Assembly (NCBI GenBank): GCA_963707025.1
Contig: CAVPOM010000014.1
Span: forward strand, 192,001 to 256,000
DNA from: an uncultured Verrucomicrobiae bacterium
GTDB lineage: Bacteria > Verrucomicrobiota > Verrucomicrobiia > Limisphaerales > Palsa-1400
DNA length: 64,000 nucleotides
Direction of reading: 5' to 3'
Made by a program: the position numbers and the translations under genes. Of the stretch, positions 9,345 through 17,563 are shown piece after piece (the stretch's first letter is position 1; each line of letters opens with the position of its first letter). The notes beneath the pieces are model-generated. The model did no database searches and was not told where the DNA came from. It was given only the letters and a program-made list of their open reading frames with translations.

Positions 9345-9550
9345 TTCCCGCCCCAGCCATGAAATCATTCCCATGCCATCAATCACATTTGCAACCGGTC
9401 ATCCTCAAAGCTCCCGGCCGCTTTTTGCCCAGAAAATGCCTTGGCAGAAAGGATCGGCGGTGCTATCAGTATTGGGTATGCAGGACATCAACCAGACCGG
9501 TCAGTCAGGCTGGCAAAATGGCGTGCCCATGATGCGTCAATCATAACTTT

Positions 9551-12500
9551 ATGAAAATTCCAGGCGATGCCTCCGCCATGCCGGCCCAGATGCTCGACAA
9601 GCTTCGCGCCGTCCTCCGCCGCGACCGCCGGCTCCACCTCCAAACCGGCCTGGCCCGCGCCGGCGCCGTCCTCCTCAGCGCCATGCTCGTCATGATGGCC
9701 GTGGACTGGCTGGCCACGCCGCACCAGGGGCTTTGGCGCTGGCTCATGACCATTTCCGCGCTGGCCTGCGCCGCCGCCGCCCTGCTCCTGGGCTGCGTCA
9801 TTCCCCTCCTCCGCCCCCGCTCCCTGGACTCCGTGGCCCGGCAGGTGGATCGCGCCCATCCCTCGCTCCAGGAGCGCTGCCAGACCGTGACCGAATTCGC
9901 CCAGTCCAAGGACCAGCCCGCCATCCGCGGTTCGGAAGGAATGATCCGCAAAGTTGCCCAACAAACCGCCGCCATGAGCGCAACGGTCGTGCCGGCCACC
10001 GTCGTTTCCAATCAAGCTTTGATGCGCGCCGCAAAATTTTTCGCGGCGGCGGCAGCCGTGCTGGCCCTTTTCTTCCTCGTTGATTTTCCCCGCGCCAAGG
10101 TCCTCTCCCGGCGGTTTTTTCAGCCGGGCGCGGACATCACGCTGACCCGCTTGCAGTCCAAAACGGGCGACCTGGTGGCTGGCAAGGGAGAAAATGTCAC
10201 CTTGGAATTCACCGCCACGGGAAAAGCGACCCGTTCCGCCATACTTTCCCTCCATCCTGCGGCGGGCCGCGATGAGGTCGTGGTTTTGGACAAGGACGCC
10301 AGGGAGTCCACCCCCGGCGCCTCCAAGTTCATCTATACCGCCAACGCCGTCACCGCCTCCTTTGCCTACAGCGCCCGTTCCGGCGACGGCCGGACCGCCC
10401 TCTATCATGTCACCGTGCTGGAACGTCCCACCCTGGCGCAAGTCCAGTTGCGCATCGAAGCCCCGGCCTACAGCAAGCTGCCGGTCGTCACCGAGAAAAA
10501 CCTCCCGCGCCACCTCCGCGCCCTGGAGGGAAGCAAAATGGAAATCAGTTTCCTCCCGGACCAGGAACTGGCCGGCCTGGATTTGAAATTCGCCGACGGC
10601 AACCTCCAGCATTTGGAAAAGGGGCCTGACCAGCATTATCACTTCAACACCGTCCTGAGCAACACCATCGCCTTCGAACCGCTGCTGACCAACCTGCGCC
10701 ATCTCGACAACCAGTCCCCGCCCAACTGCGAGATCGTCGTCTATCAGGACCAGCCTCCCACCGTCAACATCACCTCGCCCAGCGACCAGATCACCGCCCG
10801 GCCGGATGACAAAATCCAGATCGAATTCGAGGCGCGCGATGATTTCGGCCTGGCCAGGGCCGAACTGGTCGTCAGCGTTGCCAGCGAAAATGGTTCCAAT
10901 TCCCCGCCCGTGACCATTCCCATTCCGCTCGATCCAAAGGAAGTCGGCTCCAAGTTCATCAACAAGCAAGTAGAACTGGATCTGGCCCAGTTTAATCTCA
11001 AGCAGGACCAGGAACTCAACTACAGCGTCCGCGTCACGGACACAAAAAACGATTCCAGCTTCTCCACCCCGCGCCCGGACGCGGCCAGGCAGGCGCAAAA
11101 CTCCGAAATGGCCTCCGCTCCGAACCCAAACTCCCAGCCTAACGACTCCCAAAATCAGGCGCAACAAAGCAACCTCCAGAACCAGGCCGGCCAGAATAAT
11201 CCGGAGAACCAGTCCCGGCAAAATTCCGCCCAAAATCAGTCTCAGCAGAACGCGGCGCAAAACCAATCCCGGCAAAATCCCGCGCTCAATCAATCCCAAC
11301 AGAACACGGCGCAAAACCAGTCCCAGCCAAACACCGCGCAGAATCAATCCCAACAAAACACGGCCCAAAACCAGTCCCAGCCAAACACCGCCCAAAACCC
11401 GTCCCAACCCAACACCGCGCGAATCCAATCACAACAGAATACCGCGCAGAACCAATCCCAACAGAACAACGCCCAAAACCAGTCCCAGCAAAACAATGGG
11501 CAGAACCAATCTCAGCAAAATACCGCGCGGAACTCCTCGTCCCAGCAGCCCTCCAACCCGCCAAACGACCAAAACCAAAACCAGAATCAAAATCAGACTT
11601 CTCCGCCTCAGCAGAATCAGAATCATATTGCCATGGCCAGCCCCAAGTCCGACGCCAACTCATCCCCGCCTTCAGGCTCCAGCCAGCCCCCGCCCAATTC
11701 CATGTCCAAACGCGCCTTGGACGTTGCCTCCGGCCAGTCTTCCAGCGCCCAGCAGATGCGCATTGTGGTGGACCAATTTGCCCGCTCCTTCGACGGCCAG
11801 ATGCGCGAAAAGCAGGAGCTGGCCATTGAACCCATCTTGAAGCTGTTGGAGCAATTGCTCCACACCGCCCATGACCTCACCGAGTCCAACCTTCTCGCCG
11901 CCCAATCCAAGGAGGGCCTGGGCTTGCAGCAGACCTGGGCGCTGGAAGAGAGCAAAGATCAGGTCCGCCAGGCCGACCGCGCCGTGGTGGATTTGAAGAA
12001 GCGAAGCGCCGGCACCCCCTACGCTTTCATCGGCCTGCAGGTTTCCGACATCGGCGACACCCACATCGCCCCGGCCCGCGAGCAATTGGGTGAAGTCACC
12101 CTCGAATCCGCCAAGGCCAGGGAGGACAAGGAGAGTTTATCCCAGGCCTCCTTCCACCTCGCCCAAGCCCTGCAAATGCTGGCCGACCTGACCAAAACCT
12201 ATGAGTCGGTCAAACGCGACAACCAGCTCGCCGACGCCCTGCAGCAGTTGAAAAAAATGCACCAGATTTTCCTCGAGGACACCCAGGCCATGCTCGGCTC
12301 CAAAAAACCGCCCATTAACTCCGTGGACCGGAAAATCGCCGAGGTGGACGAGGATTACGTGGCCAAGCTCAACCAACTCCTGGAAGAGCAGAAAAAAATC
12401 ATGGCCGAGCTGGCCAAAATCCTGGCCGACGACCCCCGCATGCTCCGCCGTTTCATGGCCTTGCAGGAATTGGATGGAACCACGCTGCGTGACCAAATGA

Positions 12501-13807
12501 CCCTCCTGGCCCAGCGCCAGCAAGCCCTCACCAAAAAGACCGCCGAATGGACCGTGGCCGACGAAACCGCTCGCTCCACCCTGGCCAGCCGCGATCTCAT
12601 CGCCCAGGCCTCCGAACAAATCGAGGTCGCCTCTTCCGCCGCCAAAATGCACGAGAACATGATCACCTGGCTGCCCGACGGTGTGGAACAGGACAAGGAG
12701 CCGGTCGCCACCGCCCTGGCCCTCGCCGCTGAAGGCGCCCGCCTGGCCGCTCTGGCCACCAGCCAGGCCTCCTCGGACGACATCACCAACAGCCTCCTCT
12801 CCGCCCGCAAGGCCCTGGACCAATTCCGCCTCTTGCACGATTATTTGCCCGACATGTCCGGCGACGCCGATACCCAGAACCTGAGCGTCTTCGCCGCCAA
12901 CCGCGTCAATGAGGATGCCGATTTGGTCACCAGGGAATCCGGCTGGATCAAAAAAATCGAAGCCCTGCGCGCCGGCGATTTCTCCCAGTCCGTCGAGGTT
13001 GACCAGCATCGCCTCGCGCTGGATACGGCGGGCTTGAGCGAAAAACTCGACGCCTCCGCGCCGTCCCTCGCCGCCCTCTCCCCGGAGATCCACGCCAAAT
13101 CAGACCAACTGCTCCACACCGTCGAAAAACAAGTTCTCCCGGAAGAAACCCGCGCCGTGGACGCGCTGGCCCGCAAAACGTTCAAAGACGCCGTCAGCCG
13201 CCAGGAGGGCGCCAACACCGCCTTCGCCCAGGCCGAGACCCAGTTCGACGAGCTTCTCCGCCTCATCGTCGCCAAACTCGACAGCGCCCCGCCTCCCACC
13301 GATCCGGGACGCAATCCCACCCTGGAAGAAATCCTGGCCATGCTTAAGGACGAGAAAAAAGCGGCGGAATCCCTGGGCATTCCCAACCGCCCCATCAATG
13401 TTCAGATCATGCGCGACTGGCTCACCCCTGGCTCCGCTTCCCAGCAAGCCGGCAGCGGCCAGGGTCAGAACCAAAACCGCGCCCAGGCCCGTGCCGCCCA
13501 GCAACAGGCCCGCGATGCCGCCAGGCGCAACGACCGCGCCAGCGATCAAGCCAGAAGAAACGCCCAGATGCGGGCGGCCGCCTTGGCGGCCACTGACCCC
13601 GCCGCCGCCGGCAAGAGCAACGAAAGCGGCCCAAAAGCTCCCGCCAACGCCTGGAACACTCTCGCCTCCAAATTGGGCGAGGAACTGCGCCAGAGCCGCG
13701 ACAATGTTCCGCCCGAGCAGTACCGCCAGGCCATCGAACAGTACTTCAACAGCATTTCCGAAACCGTCCCCGCCGCCCCGCCCGATTCCAAGGACAAGAA
13801 CCCTTGA
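9551..13807 (+). CDS. Large membrane-anchored Ig-like + coiled-coil protein (DUF4175-like) with Q/N-rich repeat
   Basis: Three N-terminal TMs, DQPPTVNITSP...ARDDFGL motif, long Q/L/A heptad region, C-terminal VPPEQYRQAIEQYF typical of MoxR-cluster scaffolds. Confidence 0.8.
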   Translation: MKIPGDASAMPAQMLDKLRAVLRRDRRLHLQTGLARAGAVLLSAMLVMMAVDWLATPHQGLWRWLMTISALACAAAALLLGCVIPLLRPRSLDSVARQVDRAHPSLQERCQTVTEFAQSKDQPAIRGSEGMIRKVAQQTAAMSATVVPATVVSNQALMRAAKFFAAAAAVLALFFLVDFPRAKVLSRRFFQPGADITLTRLQSKTGDLVAGKGENVTLEFTATGKATRSAILSLHPAAGRDEVVVLDKDARESTPGASKFIYTANAVTASFAYSARSGDGRTALYHVTVLERPTLAQVQLRIEAPAYSKLPVVTEKNLPRHLRALEGSKMEISFLPDQELAGLDLKFADGNLQHLEKGPDQHYHFNTVLSNTIAFEPLLTNLRHLDNQSPPNCEIVVYQDQPPTVNITSPSDQITARPDDKIQIEFEARDDFGLARAELVVSVASENGSNSPPVTIPIPLDPKEVGSKFINKQVELDLAQFNLKQDQELNYSVRVTDTKNDSSFSTPRPDAARQAQNSEMASAPNPNSQPNDSQNQAQQSNLQNQAGQNNPENQSRQNSAQNQSQQNAAQNQSRQNPALNQSQQNTAQNQSQPNTAQNQSQQNTAQNQSQPNTAQNPSQPNTARIQSQQNTAQNQSQQNNAQNQSQQNNGQNQSQQNTARNSSSQQPSNPPNDQNQNQNQNQTSPPQQNQNHIAMASPKSDANSSPPSGSSQPPPNSMSKRALDVASGQSSSAQQMRIVVDQFARSFDGQMREKQELAIEPILKLLEQLLHTAHDLTESNLLAAQSKEGLGLQQTWALEESKDQVRQADRAVVDLKKRSAGTPYAFIGLQVSDIGDTHIAPAREQLGEVTLESAKAREDKESLSQASFHLAQALQMLADLTKTYESVKRDNQLADALQQLKKMHQIFLEDTQAMLGSKKPPINSVDRKIAEVDEDYVAKLNQLLEEQKKIMAELAKILADDPRMLRRFMALQELDGTTLRDQMTLLAQRQQALTKKTAEWTVADETARSTLASRDLIAQASEQIEVASSAAKMHENMITWLPDGVEQDKEPVATALALAAEGARLAALATSQASSDDITNSLLSARKALDQFRLLHDYLPDMSGDADTQNLSVFAANRVNEDADLVTRESGWIKKIEALRAGDFSQSVEVDQHRLALDTAGLSEKLDASAPSLAALSPEIHAKSDQLLHTVEKQVLPEETRAVDALARKTFKDAVSRQEGANTAFAQAETQFDELLRLIVAKLDSAPPPTDPGRNPTLEEILAMLKDEKKAAESLGIPNRPINVQIMRDWLTPGSASQQAGSGQGQNQNRAQARAAQQQARDAARRNDRASDQARRNAQMRAAALAATDPAAAGKSNESGPKAPANAWNTLASKLGEELRQSRDNVPPEQYRQAIEQYFNSISETVPAAPPDSKDKNP
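11147..11524 (+). repeat. About 14 tandem 27-bp (9-aa, AQNQSQQNT) intragenic repeats
   Basis: Read directly from the translation; codons vary between units. Confidence 0.9.
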
Positions 13808-13921
13808 ATTGCCCCTGGCGGATTACAGACAGCCGGCAGGAGAAAACGCCATCGTGTCAATCATAAAATTCCGTTCGTCCCGCGCCCCGCATTTTGCAGG
13901 CGCGGCCCGCCCCCGCCGGCC

Positions 13922-15118
13922 TTACCTCTGGTAAACGGGCAGAAGCTGATACGGCGGGGTCAGGGACAGCACCGCCATGGCCGTGGAATAGACGTTGCCA
14001 AAACGGGCCAGGCCGATCTGCGGTTCCGTCGGCCAGGAGCCGTCGGCATTTTGCCCTGTCAACAAGGCGTCGGCCAGCGGCCCGTAGATCCCCTTCCAGT
14101 AGGTCCCGCCCAGTTGCGCCGCCGCCTGGCTGCAATAATACGCGCTGTAAAAAAAATTGTCGTCCGGGCCGATCAGCTCCCCGTATCTCTGGAAGGGATG
14201 GGTCAGCAGCCAGTTGCCCGCCGCCAGCGCCGCCGGCGTTTGGTGCTCCCCCGCCAGTGACAAGCATAAAATTCCCGCCCCCATCATGCCCCGGCTCGAC
14301 CGCACGTCCCCCGTCCCCTCCAGCGCATAATTGAACACCCCTTTTCTTTCATTCCAACACCGGTGGACGAACGCCATCGCCTCGTCCATGTAGCCCTGCG
14401 GCACATTGAACTCCGCGTTGCGCGCCGAGCGCAAAAACAAAATCTGCCACGCCGTCACCGAAAGGTCCGAGTCCGCCGCGAAATGATCGTAGCGAAGGCG
14501 CAGATAGCGCCAGCCCCCCCGGTCGGCCGCGTGGGCCTTGGGACGGGTTTGCAATTCCCGCGTGAACTCGAGCGCTTTGCTCAACCCCTGCTTCACCTCT
14601 TCTGTCCTCCGGCCGGTCACATGCCCAAAGACTTCTCCCAGCATCAGCCCGGCAATGGCATGGTTGTAAACGGCGGTGTGAATGGCCGTCATGTCCACAT
14701 GATCCTTGTTGGTGGCCGGCTGAAAGGAAAACAGCCCGTCATCCCTCTGGCAGGCCAGCACAAAATCTATGGCCCGGTCCATTTGCGCTCCATAAGGACC
14801 CAGGCCGGGTTGGTGTCCGCGGGCCAGAAACGCCAGCACGCACAAGCTCGTCACCGCCGGCTGCGCGGCCGGCTGCGTGGGAAACGAACCGTCCGCCGCC
14901 TGCTGGGTGGCGATCCAGGCCAGCGCCCGGTCCACCGAATTCTCCACCACCGGCCATTTGCCGGGAGGCAGAACCTCCGTCAGCGGGTTGGCGGATCGGA
15001 CCCCGGCAACAGCATTGGTGGAACTGCCCGAACCGGCTGCGGCCGGCCCGGGCGCCGCCGCCAGCAGCAGTCCCAGGGGAAGGCAACGCCAGCCGGAGGC
15101 TAAGGTTCGCGCCCTCAT
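13922..15118 (-). CDS. Secreted prenyltransferase/squalene-cyclase-repeat (alpha/alpha toroid) protein, paralog 4
   Basis: Signal peptide, QW-like repeats (QQAADGSF, QRDDGLF, QNADGSW), GGWRY, DSDLSVT, ends LLPVYQR. Confidence 0.85.
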   Translation of the reverse strand: MRARTLASGWRCLPLGLLLAAAPGPAAAGSGSSTNAVAGVRSANPLTEVLPPGKWPVVENSVDRALAWIATQQAADGSFPTQPAAQPAVTSLCVLAFLARGHQPGLGPYGAQMDRAIDFVLACQRDDGLFSFQPATNKDHVDMTAIHTAVYNHAIAGLMLGEVFGHVTGRRTEEVKQGLSKALEFTRELQTRPKAHAADRGGWRYLRLRYDHFAADSDLSVTAWQILFLRSARNAEFNVPQGYMDEAMAFVHRCWNERKGVFNYALEGTGDVRSSRGMMGAGILCLSLAGEHQTPAALAAGNWLLTHPFQRYGELIGPDDNFFYSAYYCSQAAAQLGGTYWKGIYGPLADALLTGQNADGSWPTEPQIGLARFGNVYSTAMAVLSLTPPYQLLPVYQR

Positions 15119-15119
15119 G

Positions 15120-16310
15120 TCAGCGTTGGTAAACCGGCAGAAGCTGATAGGCCGGAGTCAGGGAGAGCACCGCCAGCGCCGTGGAATAATCCGAGCCAAA
15201 CATGGCATCGCCAAAGCCGGTCTCCCTCGGCCAGCAGCCCTCCGCTTCCTGCGCGCCCAGCAGCACCTCCACGATCGGCGGATAAATCCCCTGCCAATAT
15301 CGCCCGCCCAACTGCATGGCCGCCTGGCTGCAATAATACATCCCGTAGAACGCCCGGTCGTAGGTCCCGACCCGCTCCCCCAAACCGCGGAACGGATGCG
15401 CCAGCAGCCAGTCCCCCGCCGCCTGCGCCATCGCCGTTTCATGTTGTCCCCCCAGCGACAACGCCAGAATTCCCGCGCCCGTCGTGCCCCGGCTCGGGTC
15501 TCTCCCCGCCGTGGCGGATACCAGCGAGTAATTAAACATGCCCTGCGCGGGATTCCAGCACCGGCTCACAAATCCCATCACCGAGTCAATATAGGGTTGC
15601 GGCACATCAAATTCCGCATTCCGGGCGGAGCGCAAAAACATCAGTTGCCACGCCGTGGCCGAAAGGTCGGAGTCGGCCTGCCCAATGGCCACGCGCAAAT
15701 AGCGCCACCCGCCCCTCTCATAATCCCGCTTCGGGCGAAGCTGGAGGTCGCGCGTGAACTGCAACGCGCTGCTGATCGCTCCTTTGACCCTCTTCATCCG
15801 TTCGCCGGTGACATGGCCATAGACTTCCCCCAGCATCAGTCCCGCGATGGCGTGATTGTAGGACGCGGTGTGCGAGGCCCCGTTGCTGACATGAACGGCC
15901 TCGGGCGCGGCGTAAGAAAACAAGCCATCGGGCCTCTGACAGGAAATCACAAAATCTATCGCTCTCTCAATGCGCCCGCCATAAGGACCGTAACCGGGCT
16001 GATGTCCGCGCGAAAGAAACGCCATGACGCACAGGCTCGTCACCGCGGGCTGGCCCGCCCGCGCGGACGGAAACGAGCCGTCCGCCGCCTGCTGCGAGGC
16101 CAGCCAGGCCAGGGCGTGGTCCACCGAACTTTCCACCTGCTGCCAGCGGGCCTTGGGCAACACCGCCGCCAGCGGCGGAGACTCGGCGGACGGCGGTGGA
16201 ACTGGCTGTGCGCCACCCTCCGCCGTGCCCGGCGCCGCCGCGCAAAAGATCAGCAGCGCGAAGAAAAACCCCGCGCCGCCCCGCGCTGCACGGTGTTGGC
16301 CATCGCCCAT
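15120..16310 (-). CDS. Secreted prenyltransferase/squalene-cyclase-repeat protein, paralog 3
   Basis: ATG at 16310 (MGDGQH...FFFALLIFCAAA signal); same motifs; ends LLPVYQR. Confidence 0.85.
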   Translation of the reverse strand: MGDGQHRAARGGAGFFFALLIFCAAAPGTAEGGAQPVPPPSAESPPLAAVLPKARWQQVESSVDHALAWLASQQAADGSFPSARAGQPAVTSLCVMAFLSRGHQPGYGPYGGRIERAIDFVISCQRPDGLFSYAAPEAVHVSNGASHTASYNHAIAGLMLGEVYGHVTGERMKRVKGAISSALQFTRDLQLRPKRDYERGGWRYLRVAIGQADSDLSATAWQLMFLRSARNAEFDVPQPYIDSVMGFVSRCWNPAQGMFNYSLVSATAGRDPSRGTTGAGILALSLGGQHETAMAQAAGDWLLAHPFRGLGERVGTYDRAFYGMYYCSQAAMQLGGRYWQGIYPPIVEVLLGAQEAEGCWPRETGFGDAMFGSDYSTALAVLSLTPAYQLLPVYQR

Positions 16311-16311
16311 A

Positions 16312-17562
16312 TTAACGCTGATAGACCGGAAGAAGCTGGTAGGCCGGAGTGAGGGAGAGCACCGCCATCGCGGTGATGTAAACCTGGCCGTACATGCCTT
16401 CGCCCCCCCCGCCCCGTCCTCCCCTCCGTCCTCCCCCGCCAAAGGATGAGTCCACCGGAAAGGAACCGTCGCCCTGTTGGGTCTGCACCAGGATTCTGGC
16501 GATCGGCGGAAAAATACCCGTCCAATAGCGCCCCCCCAGTTGCGCCGCCGCCTGGCTGCAATAATAAGTGCTGTAAAAAAACCGGTCGTTGCCGGTTCCG
16601 ATCCTTTCCCCAAAGTATTGAAAAGGATGCGCCAGCAACCAGTCGCCCGCCGCCAGCGCCTCCGGGCTTTGATGCTGTCCGGCCAGGGCCAGGGAAACAA
16701 TCACCGACCCCATCAGGCCGCGGGTAAACATAAACTGCTGATCTCCCTGTGCGGTATAGTGGAACAGGCCGTCTTCCTCGACCCAGCAGCGGTGGACAAA
16801 ACTCATGGCATCGTCAATATATTTTTGCGGCACATTAAATTCCGCGTTCCGGGCCGAACGCAAAAACATCAAGTGCCAGCCCGTCACCGAAAGATCCGAG
16901 TCGGCCCCGCCGTACGTGACTCGCAGGTAACGCCACCCGCCTTTGTCCTCGGGAGCCGTCTTGGGATGGGTTTGCAGTTCGCGGCTGAACTGCAGGGCCT
17001 TGTCCATGGCTTGTTTGATCTGCTGGGTCCGCTGCGCGTTGGCGTGCCCAAAAACCTCCCCCAGCATCAATCCTGCAATGGCGTGATTGTAGGTCCCGGC
17101 CTGCGCGCCGCGAGGCAAGCCGCGTCCCCCGCGGCCAAAGCCGTTGAAGTCCTGCTGGGCAGTGTCGTCGGGAGCTTCAAAGGAAAAAAGTCCATCCGGC
17201 TTTTGACAGGAGATGACAAAATCTATCGCCCGGTCCATTTGCGCGCCGTAGGGGCCAAAGCCGGGCTGATGCCCGCGCGAAAGAAAGGCCAGCACACACA
17301 GACCCGTGATGGCGGGCTGCCCGTCCGACCGGGTCGGAAAGGACCCATCCGCCGCCTGCTGGCTGGCGATCCAGGACAGAGCGTGGTCCACGCAATCCTC
17401 CACCTGCTTCCATTGTGCCGGGGAAAGCGCGGCCGCGAAGGATTGCGACGGAACGGCCGAGGCGGTGCCCGGCAGGCCGCCGCCGCGCGCCCCGGGCAGG
17501 CCGCTCCAACCCGCCAGCAGCATCAGACCGATTCGAACCGTTGCAAGGGAAAATATCTTCAT
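16312..17562 (-). CDS. Secreted prenyltransferase/squalene-cyclase-repeat protein, paralog 2 (with RGG loops)
   Basis: Signal peptide; same motifs; ends LLPVYQR. Confidence 0.85.
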   Translation of the reverse strand: MKIFSLATVRIGLMLLAGWSGLPGARGGGLPGTASAVPSQSFAAALSPAQWKQVEDCVDHALSWIASQQAADGSFPTRSDGQPAITGLCVLAFLSRGHQPGFGPYGAQMDRAIDFVISCQKPDGLFSFEAPDDTAQQDFNGFGRGGRGLPRGAQAGTYNHAIAGLMLGEVFGHANAQRTQQIKQAMDKALQFSRELQTHPKTAPEDKGGWRYLRVTYGGADSDLSVTGWHLMFLRSARNAEFNVPQKYIDDAMSFVHRCWVEEDGLFHYTAQGDQQFMFTRGLMGSVIVSLALAGQHQSPEALAAGDWLLAHPFQYFGERIGTGNDRFFYSTYYCSQAAAQLGGRYWTGIFPPIARILVQTQQGDGSFPVDSSFGGGGRRGGRGGGGEGMYGQVYITAMAVLSLTPAYQLLPVYQR

Positions 17563-17563
17563 G

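Noticed and set aside
9440..9530. sigma54 promoter upstream of the coiled-coil gene (two TGGCA motifs)
   Set aside because: Neither has the required GG-N10-GC spacing
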